DNA of 64,000 nt from NCBI GenBank assembly GCA_951406725.2, contig OX597815.1, forward strand, positions 137,020,001 through 137,084,000, read 5' to 3'. Source of the stretch: Octopus vulgaris. Lineage: Eukaryota. Both the position numbers and the translations under genes were made by a program. Below are positions 27,290-40,254 of the stretch, piece after piece (within the stretch, counting starts at the first letter, position 1; every line of letters begins with the position of its first letter). The notes under the pieces were generated by a model that searched no databases, was not told the origin of the DNA, and saw only the letters and a program-made list of their open reading frames with translations.

Positions 27290-27987
27290 AACACACTAAC
27301 ACAACACATAATTCCTATACATAAGGCAATTAGTTTTCACCAGGACTGGCAGCTTATTTAACCAGACTAACTGAACAAGTCCTCAGGCGAAACTTAAAGT
27401 TCCAGCCATAATTAATTCAATTATAAAATTGACTTTACAATTAGACTTGATTCCAACCCAACCCCATGAGTAAATTTACTGCTTCTATTCTTACAGTTTA
27501 TTTAAAAGAACAACCCAGAATTAGCATTATATGTTCACGTGTATGTGAAAGAGAGAGAGAGAGAGACAGACAGACATTGAGAAGCAGTCGAGATAGACAG
27601 AGTAACAGAAACGCCAGCATTACGCCTTATTTTACTTTGGCGAAGCTTGCCATAGTGTAACGAACGTTTTTAAGAAACACTTATTAGACGTCCAACGAAA
27701 TAGCTGCAGTCCGAAAAGGCCTGTAGATAGTCTCTTCAATTCCTTGGATCTCTCACAATTTCATCTTAACCTCCCTGCTATACAGTACAGAAACAGTCTC
27801 ATCTCCTTTTGTTAACCTTCAACAGTGATAACTCACCCGCTTGAAGAGAAACAAATATATGAATACAAAAGTATATGTATTCATAAGTATATATGAATAC
27901 ATAAGTAAATTTATACATACACACTCGTTCACACGCTTGCGCACGCACACACATACATGTATGTGTGTCTGTGTATATATATATACA

Positions 27988-28042
<55 letters not shown>

Positions 28043-28097
28043 ATATATGCATATGTATATACGTATATACATACATATGTATGAGTGTGCGTGTGGA

Positions 28098-28395
28098 GGC
28101 GCAATGGCCCAGTGGTTAGGACAGCGGACTCGCGGTTGTAGGATCGTGGTTTCGATTCCCAGTCCAGGCGTTGTGAGTGTCTATTGAGCGAAAACACCTA
28201 AAGCTCCCCGAGGCTTCGGCAGGGGGTGGTGGCGATCCCTGCTGTACTCTTTCGCCACAACTTTCTTTCACACTTTCTTGTTGGCTTGCTTGCTTAGGTG
28301 GCGTCATTTGAAGGCTAAAACAATGCTAAACGCATTGTGACCAGCGATGTGTAGCAACATCTGTTAACCTGGTCGGTCACGGTGATCACGGTGAT
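28098..28395 (+). mobile_element. tRNA-derived SINE (family A) ending in (TA)n
   Basis: A box TGGCCCAGTGG and B box GTTTCGATTCC. The 3' end CACGGTGAT (duplicated here) is followed by TATATA. Confidence 0.85.
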
Positions 28396-28429
28396 ATATA
28401 TATATATATAAAACTGTCTGTTGGTGTGT

Positions 28430-29200
28430 ATTGTATCATCCCATAAATAATGCGGTTTTTTTCTATTGCATGAACTAAAAGCTGGAAAGAGACGGGATGA
28501 ACTATCTACGTCAATTTACCATAAAAGCAGGTAGTAATTTTATCGTGTACTTATTCTTAGTGCAAGTTTTGAAGAGTGTAGTTCAAAGTTATATATCGGA
28601 AGTGACAAAGAAGGATATTCGGCATATTTTGCTTTTTGAGTTCAATAAAGGCAACGATGCAACTGAAAGTGGAAGGAATATTAATGTAGTGTCAACGGTG
28701 GTTCCAGAAATTTCGAGCCGCAAACTAACTACAGCCTAGAAGACGAGCCTCATCCTCGAAGCTCGGTAGAGTTCGACGAGGACGTCCTGCAAACACTGGT
28801 GGAACAAAATCCCATCGTAACTGTTGAGGAACTAGTCTAATGCTCGGCCACATTCAGCGAAGATGACATTCCAAAGGCTGGAGCAGTTTGAATGGGAAGT
28901 GTTGCCTCACCCACTATATTCGCCGGACATTGCCCCATCCGATTATCATTTATTCCGCATTCTTCATTTGGACGAAAAAAACTTTTGGGACGAAAAAAAT
29001 ATGAATTCTCTAGACGAGGTCAGGACACTACTGGAAGAGTTTTTTTCTTCATAGACCAGTGGATTTTGCAAGAGGGGCCTGGCAACCCTACCAGGTAGAT
29101 GGAAGAGCATTCTAGAACATGGAGGATAGTATATTTTAGATTAAAAAAGAACTTCATTTTGAAGAAATAAAATTATAAAAAAATATGGGATGACGCAGTG
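28430..29200 (+). mobile_element. Mariner transposon, internally deleted
   Basis: TIR remnants are TCATCCCATA (left) and TATGGGATGA (right). Peptide remnants are EVTKKDIRHILLFEFNKG and ARPHSAKMT...WEVLPHPLYSPDIAPSDYHLF. Confidence 0.85.
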
Positions 29201-29338
29201 TATATATGTATAATATTTGTGCATATACATATATATATGCATGTATGTCCATGTATATATGTGTGTGTACGTATGCACATGTATGTATACAAACAATATA
29301 TTATTTTATATTTTATCATATTATGTCAAATTATATCA

Positions 29339-29390
29339 TATTGGGCTGGTAAAAGATTTTTAGCGTTTTCTAAGTAAAATCCTAAACAAC
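29339..29390 (-). mobile_element. Probable 3' TIR end of the mariner at 32935-34055, separated by the Gypsy insertion
   Basis: TATTGGGCTGG...TAGCGTTTTC resembles the inverse of GAAAAACGCTA at about 34031-34041. Confidence 0.5.
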
Positions 29391-29755
29391 TGTTGTATCC
29401 TCCGTCCCCAATGCCGTAGTACCGCCACGATATTGTGACGGATGGTTTAGATACACTTACAAGTATAATAACAGTAAACAAGATAACGATACAACCGTTA
29501 TAACAACGTAACGATCCAACAAACTCTTCACGAGCCAACAACCAATATTCCAAACGAACTAAACAACAGGCACCTAACTACTTCACTGTGACATCTACTT
29601 GAACAGACGCACAAACTTCACTCCGAACACTTCCATTTATAATTGCTCGGTCCAGTCTATTTCTCGTAAGGGGGCGTCGTGACTCTCATCCCAACACGTC
29701 TACTTTTGAGATTTCGACTTCCGTAAGAAGTGAAATTTCGTTTTTTTTTCCAACA
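29391..29755 (-). repeat. 3' LTR (365 bp) of the Gypsy element
   Basis: TGTTG at 29391 and CAACA at 29751-29755 form the terminal inverted ends. On the minus strand it is immediately preceded by a polypurine tract, AAAAAAGAGCGAGAAGAG (about 29756-29773). Confidence 0.8.
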
Positions 29756-32700
29756 CTCTTCTCGCTCTTTTTTAAAAATTAATATCTGTTTCGTTTTCGC
29801 ATTATTTCTAAGTGTACAGTTTGGTTCCTTTTTCTATTGATGCTTCTACGAAGCTCAATCTCAATCAGTGCTGTCAGTTCAAATATGTCATAGCAGACTT
29901 CCATTGGTATTTTCTTTCGTTTTTCAGTATGTCTCATATTTCATTGGTTTAGGTGTCTCTTATGTTCCCCAAAGTTGTCCTTTAATTACATACATCATTT
30001 TTCCTAATTGTTAGGTTACAAAACCATCCTCCAAGCCTTCGAAATGTTTTGTTGCTTTTCTGTATTTCCTTTAAGTATATAAGATGTTCCTAGTATTCAT
30101 ATTGGGCGATACACTATATATATCCTCAAGAATTTTGTTAGCGCTTCGTCATTTCCTACGCGATTCCTTGATTTTTTTAACGCTCGCTTGAAAGTATCAA
30201 CGAATCTTTCTACCAGCCCGTTTGACCTCGAGTGGTAGGGCGAAAAAAATATGCTTTATCATATGTATTTTGGAGAAATTCTAAACTTCACTACACGTAA
30301 ATTGTGTTCCATTATATGATACCAGCGTGTCTGGAACACCGTATCAGGCTAATAATTCATACAGGAACTTTATTGTTGGTTTATTGTACCTGCATACTTC
30401 TGGCTACTTTGTACTGCTATCAATAACGATCAGATTGTATGCGCAGTTCACCAGTCCAACGTAGTCGATATATATCCTGGACCACGGACTATCCGTCTGA
30501 GGCCACGACTGGTATTTTAGCTTTGGCAGCTAACGCACAACCTCTACATGATTTTACACAATTTTCAATGTTCCCGTCCATTATCGGCCAATATACATAG
30601 CTCCTCATTGAGGCCTTCATTCTGGACATTCTAGAGTGTCCACTATGGAATTACTGAGATACTTGATACTGTAGTGCAGTTGGTAGTGACACTATTTTCG
30701 CATACATTAAAATATCGTCTCATAGTGAAAAGTAATCCGAATTTGCATTTTTATTTTGCTTATTTTTCAACATTTCTTTCTTATAATGTAATTATCCTCT
30801 GCGTATTTCATTTTTATATCGTATGCTGTCACTGGCAGATTGTGAATAACATTACACATATCTTTAACTTCATTTTCTGATTACAATGAGGCTATCACTG
30901 TATCTTCTATCGGTTCCGCATTCTTTGGAATCAGTCTCAATAAACGGTCCGCATGACCAATTTCTTTCGACGGAATATACTGCATCTTAAAATTGTAGTT
31001 TATCAATATCGTACACCAGCGTTTTAGTCGGTTCGCTGAATGGGCAGGCAATCCATTTTTTAATCCAAAAATTAATAGTGATGGTCGACAGTCAGTTTGT
31101 AGCAAAAAAAAATCTACCATGCAGAAATTTGTGAAATTTTTTTTTAACGCATACATAATTGATAGATCCTCCTCCTCTATCTGACTATACTTTCATTTCC
31201 GCTACTATCAGCGAACCTGAAACATGAACTACTGGCTTCATATTTCTATTTTTATACTTGTGTAGCAAGACTGCTCCTATTCCATAATCCGAAGCATCTA
31301 AAGCTACGACAATGTCCATTTCAGGATCAAAATTCGCTTGTTATAAATCAGAATTTAGTTTGTTTTTTTATCTCTTCGAAGGTGTTTTGACACTTACCAA
31401 CAAATACTTCTTTTTTCAGTAAATCATTTAATGGTGCTCTAAATTTGTACATGTTAGTGATATAATTTCGATAGTAATTTACCAGCCCCCAAAAACGTTT
31501 GTAATGTCACAGTGTTATGTGAGGGGAAGCTTATCTTTAATTGCGTCTGTCCTCGACGGGTCAGGACTTCTTCCATTTTATCAATAATTTGCACTAAGTA
31601 TTTGATTTTTTACAAACTCACATTTCTCATCTCTCAGAGTGAGCCCGTAGTCTCTTATTTTTTCAAACACAGCTTTTATATGCTCAATATACTCATCACA
31701 CGAATTATTTTTAATCAATATGCTATGTAGGTGTGGAATTGTCAAATAACAGTCCGCCAACGTCGCATCTATAACTTGTTAAAATAGTGCAGGTGTGACC
31801 ATCAGACCAAAGGCAATCTATAATATTTGTAAAATCCCTTGTGTGTATTTACTGTTAGAAGCTTTGAGCATTCCTCGTCAACCGTTATTTGCAGAAACGC
31901 CTCAGACAAATCCAATTTCGAGAATATTTTGCCTCCATTTCATTTTGCAAAAATATCCTCTGGAGTAGGAAGTGAATAGTGCCTTGTTTTTAAACCGTCA
32001 TTCAAACCCGTAGAAAAATCGGCACAGGTGCTGCCCGTTTAGAATAATCCATTTTTTAAAATAATTCCACCTTTTCCGGTCTGTCTAACTCTTCACCTAC
32101 GTTTTTTTATCGCAGCGAACGATACCTTTCTATTGGATCTGTATACTAGCCCAGCGTTTTCCTTTAATTGAAAACAGGTTTCAGCCTTTTTACTTAGATC
32201 TAACAAACCCGACAGAACTTGAGGTGCCATCTTTTCTAATTTTCTCTTCAATTCGTCAGACGTCTCATTTTTAGATGGACAACCAATTATGTTTTTGCAG
32301 TAAAAACTTATGGGGAGATCCCATAAATCAAATAACTCCGACCAGTCGGCACCAAACAGATTGATTGCGTTCTTTACAACGAAAACTTTCGCCTTGCAAG
32401 ATTTACCTCGAAATGTGACGTCATTCCATATTTCGCCTACAAAGTTCAGTTTGTCAACCGTCTTGCTACATGCAGTTCTCCCCCTGCTTTTCATAACATA
32501 GGTTTCCCTATTTTCTTCTACGTGTTGGTGTTGATTGAAATGTCTCTACCAGTATCCAGTTGTAGTTTAATATTTACTCCGTTTACTTTTACGTGCATAA
32601 AATACCTTATTTGGGAGTCAATTTTACTTTCTGCTGAGAGCAATTTAGAATTTTTTTACATTTGACTTTCGTACATTTGTTCTGCAGTGTAAACTATTGT

Positions 32701-32930
32701 GTCGAAACTTTTGACAACTGTAATATTTTGTTTTTAAAAGCACATTCTTTTCTGAAATGTAGGCCTCCACATCCGTTACATGGATTAGGATCTAGCAATC
32801 TTTTGTGGTTATACTTTCTAGGTTGACATATCTTTATTTTTGCGAAATCCTTTGCTTGAATTATTCTTACGTCATGTTTCAGATTCTCCATTCTTTAACA
32901 TTCTTCTGCAATATTCAGATAATCGTGCAT
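29391..32930 (-). mobile_element. Decayed Ty3/Gypsy (Mag-like) LTR retrotransposon lacking its 5' LTR
   Basis: Order on the minus strand: gag knuckle CNGCGGLHFRKEC, protease LQLDTG, RT region, RNase H (TDCRPS..IFG...HSANRLKRW...GHAD), integrase (MRSYVYWP, PWSRI, RSNGLVERFVDTF), PPT, LTR. It has many stops and frameshifts. Confidence 0.85.
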
Positions 32931-32934
32931 ACCT

Positions 32935-34055
32935 TTACTCAACCACATATTTCCTATTTTGTTCCACAACCTTTGAGGCATGTTCCTGATCCTATCCTCC
33001 CACAACTTGGCATCTTTCTGGATCTGAGTAGATCCAAGTAGTTTTTACACTCTTTTAAGAATCGAATGTTTTCCCATTAGGAGAATTTTGCCGGGATCAG
33101 AATAACTGATAATCCGAAAGTTCAAGGTCAGGTGGGTACAATGGGTGAGGTAGCACATCCCACCCAAGTCGCATCAATTTCTGCCTGGTCTGCAAAGAAA
33201 AGTGCGATCTAGTGTTGTTCTGATGTATGACGACACCCTTTCGGTTGGCCAATTCTGGACGTTTTTCATTCATTGCCTCCTTTAATCGGTCTAATCGGGA
33301 ACAACAATAACAGTCTGAATTTAACGTCTGATTTTGTGGAAGTACATTATAATACACAATGCCCTTCCGACCCAACCAGATACAGAGCATCACCTACTTC
33401 AGATGCAAACCAGCTTTTGCAGAGATTGAAGGCGGTTCATCTCATTTTCCCCAGGATCTTTTTCGTTTTATGTTGTCGTAAATTATCCATTTCAGAACAC
33501 ATGATCATTTTTGTCAGAAATAGATCATTTTTGTTTCTTCTGAGCGGAGAATCAGAGATGGAAACGCACTCTATTAAATTTTCTTTCCGTTAAGTTGTGA
33601 GGCACCAATCATAACAATTCGCGTAACCAATTGTTTTTAAATGCTTTATAACGCTCACATAAGATATGTGAAGAATCTCTGCAATGTCTCGCGTTCTGTG
33701 ACATTGATTACTTTTTATCGAAGTCTCGATTTGTTCATTATCAACGACTATAGGCCTGCTGGAACGTTTAAAATATTCCAGGCCAAAGTTTTCGGTTCTA
33801 AACCTAGTGAATAACTTACAAACACTATAACATCATCTCCATAATCAGCAGATATCTTCTTTGTTGTTTGTGAAGCGTTTTGCCTTTCCGGAAATACAAG
33901 GGCATTAACTGACGAAAATGTATTCCATTTCTTACATTTGTAATTTTATCGCAAGAAGAGTACAAGTAAATAATCCACACAAAACTAAAATAGAAAAAGG
34001 TTGCCGTCACGTGATTAAGCATCACTTGTTGAAAAACGCTATTAACTTATACTGT
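32935..34055 (-). mobile_element. Mariner transposase pseudogene
   Basis: Reads MLCIW...KGIVYYNVLPQNQTLNSD...RPELANRKGVVIHQNNTRSH...LGWDVLPHPLYPPDLELSDYQLF. N-terminal HFRQLM..YFRKG lies near 33900 and a TIR remnant at about 34030-34055. Confidence 0.88.
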
Positions 34056-34349
34056 ATTATTTATATTATATCAAGTCTAAAATTCTGTCCTTTCTGAATT
34101 TCGCCTTCGGTATACACATGGCTAAGTGGTTAAGAATTTCGATTCACAGACACTTGCTTTCGAGTTTCTATTGCATGGAACCTTGCGAACATTTCTTCTA
34201 CTGCAGTCTAAGTTGGCTGCAGCTTTGTGGGTGTATATGATAGACAGAAACAGTGTGGAAGTTCGACATCCATACACATACATATATACATACATACATA
34301 CATGCATACAAGTATATCTATATATATATATTTATATCATACATACGTG

Positions 34350-34424
<75 letters not shown>
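34350..34424. repeat. (GATA)n array flanking the 3' end of the Tx1 element
   Basis: Perfect GATA repeats lie directly against the element end. Confidence 0.95.
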
Positions 34425-34426
<2 letters not shown>

Positions 34427-34901
34427 AGTTTCTTTATTGGCCACACAGGGCTGCACACAGATGGGACATGTTACAAGGTAGAGCTTTTCTTTTGGGGGAT
34501 GAAAAAAACAAAAAGGAAAAAAAAAGAAACAAAAAAAAGGTGGCGTGGGTTTTCCATCAAAAGGGATCGTAAAAGGGAAAAAAGAACAAAAAAAAGAAAA
34601 GAAAAAAGAAAAAAAGGAAAAGGAACAAAAGAAAAGAAAAATGAAAAAAGAAGAAAAAAGAGGAAAAAAAGGGGAAGAGGAAAAAAAAAAACAATCAATA
34701 GGGATCGTGTATCACAGTGTCATGATGTATGGTGTAGAGGGGAAAGCAAGTAAGGTTTATCCGTGGGAAGAAAAGCCTACGAAAAAGACCACGGTAACCT
34801 TGGTCAATATTGTTATATGTTACCACATTTGTTTGCAAGTGGGTAACCCTCTGTTTTCAATTTCTGGGTTCATAGGGTTATGCTCAAGGTGGCTTCGTCA
34901 T

Positions 34902-37226
34902 TCATCTTTTTTTAAAACATTCGCTAGACAAAACTTGGCTCTCTACTCTTACTTTCCTTTTCAAGTGGTACTTGAAGAAGTTGATGAGAGGTTGACCAGA
35001 GAGGAAAGTATTTGTCTCCAATCCTTTCAGACGCGTCCACCAGATACGTTCTTTCGCCATAGCCATAAGGATGATGAAAATAGCTCTTCCTTCCCGTTTG
35101 AAGGAAGGAGGCGTGACAATATTGACGATAGACTCAGCTGATAAACCGACTCGTCCCACACGTGACAGCAGTTGTTCGACATAAACCCACAGGTCGGAAA
35201 TTGTTGGACACTGCACGAGTGCGTGCAGAACGGTTTCGTCGCTCTGGGCAGGTCGACCCGTGTTTCTCGAGCCGTGTCTGTAGAGCTTATCCCGAACGTG
35301 TCGCGCTTCTCGGTAGCACTGCCAGGCCAGGGATCTCTGGAAGTTGTCCATGGGCCCTGGCCCGAAAGTCGTCCCGAACAGGCGGGTCAGGTATTCCTCG
35401 TCGACGTCCAGGTTCGCCCCGAGCTCGTCGTCGTACCTCCCCTCCACTAATCCCCGATAGAATGCTTTGGTTGTGATGGAGTCACTCAAGGTCGACCCAG
35501 GACGGCAGAGTTGCTTGAGAGCAACGCGACACTCGCGGTGCCATTCGCCCTTCCTCGGCCTCTTTTTGATCCACGATTGCAGTTCGGTCATGGAGACGAG
35601 CTGCGGGAAAGCGTGCCTCACAAACGGCGACCACACCTGTTCACCGTCGTCTACGAAGAGCCAGAGATGTCGCAGTCTCAGCGCGTGTCTGCGCATCATC
35701 AACCACGACATGCCCAGTCCTCCTTTTAACGGGTGTTGACAGCAAATGGATCGCCTGACCATCGGGACGCATCCTTTCCACAAGAAGCGAAAGAGAATGC
35801 GTTCTAGTTTGGTGATGGTAGGATCGGGACAAGGCACGACGGTCAGGCGGTAGTAGATGACGGACGCGATGTACGTGTTCGCCACCTCCGCCCTACCTTT
35901 TAGGGACAGTTTCCTCTCGGCCCATTGCCGGGCGAGAGTGGCCACCCTACTCGTTATCTCGTTCCAGTTCTTCTCCATTTGGAGGTCCGGACCGAACCAG
36001 ACCCCGAGCAACTCGACCGGACCGTCGGTCCAGCGTCCCACAACGGAGGCGCTGGCGGACGGCATGGGCTTGCTTCTCCAGGTGCCTAGTCGCAAGCCCA
36101 CTGACTTTTCCCGATTGACTTTTGCTCCTGTCACTGCTTCGTAGTTTTTCAGTGTCTCGCTGACCTGCTCGATATGCTCGTGGCTAGACACTATGACGGT
36201 GACGTCGTCCGCGTATGCAGACACGCTCGTCCCGCATCCCAGTTCTCGCGGGATGCCCCTCAGCTTCCGCAATAATGGCTCGAGAGTCAATACGTATAGA
36301 AGCGACGAGAGGGGGCATCCCTGACAGACCGAACGTGCGATGTCGAAAGGTCTCGATAGATGTCCATTTACGCGAATTACCGAACGGATGCCTCTGTACA
36401 AAGCGGATATCCAGCCGCGGAAGACGGGACCGAAGCCAGCCGCTCTGAGGACAGCCCCCAAGTATCGATGGTCTACTCTATCGAAAGCTTTCGATTGATC
36501 CAAATTGATCAGCGCCCCACCCATGCCAGGTTCGTTAACTACCCTGTCTATGATGTAGCGCATCAGGTGGAGGTTGTCATGGATGGTCCGGCCTGGCACG
36601 GCGCACGTTTGCGCCTTGTCGACCAGTTTCTCGATGACAAGCGCCAACCTCTTTGCTAACACTTTGGCCAAAATTTTCAAGTCTGCATTAAGCAGAGTGA
36701 TGGACCTAAAGTTATCTATTACATTTCCCTTGTTTAGATCTTTCTTCAGCAGTGTTACGGCTCCTCGGCTCACAAAACCAGGAATGCTCCCGTTTTGCTG
36801 CCAGTTGCAGTACACCGCTGCCAAGACGTCTCCAAACAAGTCTGGTATGCAACTGCAAAGCTCGTAGGGTAGACCATCCAAACCCGGCGATTTGTCCCTC
36901 GAGCATTCTGCCATCGCGTCCTGCACTTCCGCCGCCGTGATGGCACCTTCGCAGCACCCTGCCTCTCTTGTCGAGAATCGTGGTAGGCTGTGTAGGTAGG
37001 CACTGAAGACCACCCTACGTTCTTGCCCGCCACTCGTCCCGAACAGTCGGGCAAAATGCTGTTGAAAGGCCTCACACATTTTACTTGGTTCGATCAATTC
37101 GCGCCCCTGTTCATCTACCAGAGACCGAATGGTGGCTTTGTTGCCCTGTTGCGCCTCTGCCACCCGGGCCTCTCTCGCGGCTCCAACAACTTCGTTCCTT
37201 AGAGCACGCATCCTAGCTGACAGCAC
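34902..37226 (-). pseudogene. Tx1-clade ORF2 reverse transcriptase portion (774-aa open stretch)
   Basis: All RT subdomains are present, including YADD. It is separated by frameshifts from the APE pieces at 37213-37935 and 37969-38241. Confidence 0.9.
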
Positions 37227-38241
37227 ACCCTTCGTGTTTGGCGTTGAAGTGTTGGTCGAGAGCCAACCTCGCCGCCAAAACGTCGGATGCGATGCCGCTT
37301 CTAATTGCCTTTTCTAGCTTCTTAACAAGCTCACCCTCTACTCTATTTCTATCTATGCCTAGTGTTTTTCTGTACCTAATCGCTTCTGGTTTTACTGCTC
37401 TCTTGAGGGCAAACCACCATTTGTTGTTGATGATGGCTCCCGTCAAAGCCCTCTTTACTAGTGTGCTAATCCGGTTTCTGAAAACCTGTCTCGGTGGGAA
37501 AGACGGGTTTAGTTTCCAATATCCGGGACCCTGCCTAAGTGTTTTACCTAAGTCTAGCGTACATGTCACAAGTTTGTGATCCGTGTAGCTGACTATGTGG
37601 AATTGTGGACATCCTATGCTATATCTATCTACTGTCCTACATAGTATCCTATCTAGATACGATCTCGACGACCCGATGCGGTTGCTCCATGTCCACGTTA
37701 GCGCATTCGGGTGGTCTAGTCGGAACCTGTCAGACAGTTGAAAGCGTCTGAGCAGGTCTCTGAGGCATTTGCATGCCCGTATATTCCTATCTCTACCCAC
37801 GTGTCCAAGGTAGCAATCCAATCCCCCACTAAGAGTAAAGGACGAGACGTTCCCAAGAATACTTCTAGACGTTGAAAGAAATCCGCCCAACTTGTTAAGG
37901 GCGGTGCGTAGACTGATACGAGTTGAAAAGCGCACCCATTACTGCTGTCGACATCCAGGACGACCAGTCTACCCTCCGGGTCTACGAATATTGTCTTTAC
38001 TTTGAGATCCAGACCTTGCGAAAAAGTACCGCGGTGCCACTACCGCCCATTCTTGGCAGACAGGTGGAAAATAAATGTTGAACTGTCCGCCAAACATGGT
38101 CTTTAGGGCCCGCGGATTGTGGAGTCTGGTCTCACTTATGGCTATGATTTCTAACTTATGTGACTTTATGTCATTTAAGGGGTACCCTTGTTTCCAAGGG
38201 GACCCCAAGCCACGCGCATTTACACAACCAATCTTGATCAT
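37213..38241 (-). pseudogene. Tx1-clade ORF2 APE endonuclease portion (frameshifted)
   Basis: Reads MIKIGCVNARGL...IIAISET in one frame and TWTWSN...SRSYLDRILC...YTDHKLV...GPGYWKLN in another. Confidence 0.85.
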
Positions 38242-39176
38242 ACTCCTAATGAATTAGAATACAAGTGAAAGGAACAGAGGGTTACTTACTGCTCGAAAGT
38301 TTTTGCTTTCTCCTCCTTTGGTTTGTCCTCAAGGAGATCCCAGTAAAGTTTCTTTGTTAGATATTTTTGGCATTTACCAACCGCACTGGGGAAAATGCCT
38401 TTGAGTGTGTAGTGCAGACTTTTGGAGATGTGTAATATTTTGATGTGATCTGGTGGTATTGTGTATGGGTGATTGTTTGTTCTTATGTCATCTTCTGTTA
38501 TGTTTGTTTTTGATTTGATGTATTCCATCAAATTTGTGTTTTTGGTGTCTATAGCTGTGAGCATGTTTGCTGTATATATTTTTGTGGTGTTGGTGTGGCT
38601 GTTGTTTGTGTTTGCATTTGGTTTGGTTGTGTTTCTGCTCTTTATTTTCCTTCTTTTTCTAGCTATTTGCCATTCCTCACTGGTTTCGTCTTCCAACGAA
38701 TTTTCTGAGGAATCAGTAGGGGGTAGGGGTATGTTGTAGGCTTCTATGTATGTCTGTGTAGGTGGTTGTGCTGTTGTTTTCGTTGCTGTTGGTTGTTGAG
38801 TGTTTGTGTGTGGTGAGTGCGATATAAGGGATGGGGAATCAGTTTTTGCATATTATCTTTGTTTTTCTGTTCCTTTGGTTCTTGCTGTTGTTGGTGGTGG
38901 TGGTATTTTCTCAGGTGTTGAGTAATTTTTGGTTGTTGACGGCTTAGCTTGGTGTGCTTCTCATGTCGTCTTCTGTGTTGATGGTGGTGTGAGTAGTAGA
39001 GCTTTTTTTTTCGGAGTGTTTTGGTTGTGGTAGTGGTTGTTGTTGTTGCTCTTGGTGTGGAGTGGTTGGGCACGTCTTTTTCAAGTGTTTTGCTTCCACA
39101 CAAATAGCAATGTGGTCGCCTGCCCTCTACCACTATATGAAGTTTGTAGCCTCCTGGCAGTTCTATAGTGGTGGGT

Positions 39177-39261
<85 letters not shown>

Positions 39262-39305
39262 CAGTCAGACGACAGATAGACAGACAGCCAGACAGATAGA
39301 TAGAA
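39177..39305. repeat. (GATA)n/(GACA)n array flanking the 5' end of the Tx1 element
   Basis: Perfect GATA to about 39260, then a degenerate GACA/GATA mix. It is in the same orientation as the array at 34350. Confidence 0.95.
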
Positions 39306-39857
39306 AAGTTCTTCGTGACGTTAGGTAAGTTAAATGACAGAAAAACGTAAACTAGATTCGCAATATTGTCTAAATGGGAAATTATTGTCACCCCTCGAAT
39401 ATGCGAACTTTCATCCGTTTATTTGTATGAAATATTCGATTCCTTTGCCTTCGCGAATGGGCATGCGTTCTTTGCTGGAAACATGCTTCTATTTCGTAAC
39501 TACGTCCCAGTTTACAGAATATATATTTCGCATATTTTGCAGCATTTTAATTCATTTCTATAGCCATTTTTTTTAAGCATATAAAACAAAAATGAAATAT
39601 CTATATTCAAGAAATGAAAAATCAGAAGGTTCTGCACCCTGATTGTAACTTTGAATGTCTACGTTGATAGCATCTGTTTCTTCACCACTAATGAGAAGCT
39701 GAATTTCTTAATCATCAGCAAAGAAAATAGTTTAAGATCTTACATTAACACGGAACGGTTAATAAATGTAACCCATTCCGAAGGTTTAACCAGTAAAACT
39801 TGCACACACACATATGTACTAGCATATATGTGTGTGTGCATGAGAATATTGATAAGT

Positions 39858-39899
<42 letters not shown>

Positions 39900-39909
39900 A
39901 TAATAACAT

Positions 39910-40156
39910 AACTGCGCCCTTTTTAAAGCCTAGCCAGGCTCATGGGCCCGGTTTCCCGGTTGCTATGACGTATGTGTTCCCCAGCTGGACGGGACGCCAC
40001 TCCACCGTAGCGTTACTCATTTTTGCCAGCTGAGTGGACTGGAGCAACGTGAAATGAAGTGTTTTGCTCAAGAACACAACGCGTCGCCCGGTCCAGGAAT
40101 CGAAACCACAATCTTACGATCATGATACTGACACCCTAACCACAAAGCCACGCGCC

Positions 40157-40158
<2 letters not shown>
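39910..40158 (-). mobile_element. tRNA-derived SINE (family D)
   Basis: The minus-strand head reads GGCGCGTGGCTTTGTGGTTAGGGTGTC...GGTTTCGATTCCTGGACCGGGC followed by TTCTTGAGCAAAACACTTCATTTCACGTTGCTCCAG. Related pieces occur at about 2515-2650(-) and 45685-45990(+). Confidence 0.75.

Positions 40159-40254
<96 letters not shown>

Larger units (their letters stand above)
34425..39176 (-). mobile_element. Tx1/L1-clade non-LTR retrotransposon, 5'-truncated in ORF1, inserted in (GATA)n
   Basis: ORF1 remnant with a knuckle start (VEGRRPHCYLCGSK). APE motifs: GCVNARGL, AISET, SYLDRI, TDHKLV, GYWKLN. RT motifs: KSPGLDGLPYE, ITLLNADLKILAK, LDQSKAFDRVDH, QGCPLS, YADD. The 3' UTR is U-rich with AATAAA at 34433-34438. 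Confidence 0.92.

Noticed and set aside
28098-28170. tRNA-like sequences (also at 49445, 48430-48496, 40090-40158, 6629)
   Set aside because: A and B boxes are present, but they continue into SINE bodies and do not form a complete cloverleaf.
35162-37579. Several GC-rich plus-strand ORFs
   Set aside because: They are antisense shadows of the Tx1 ORF2.
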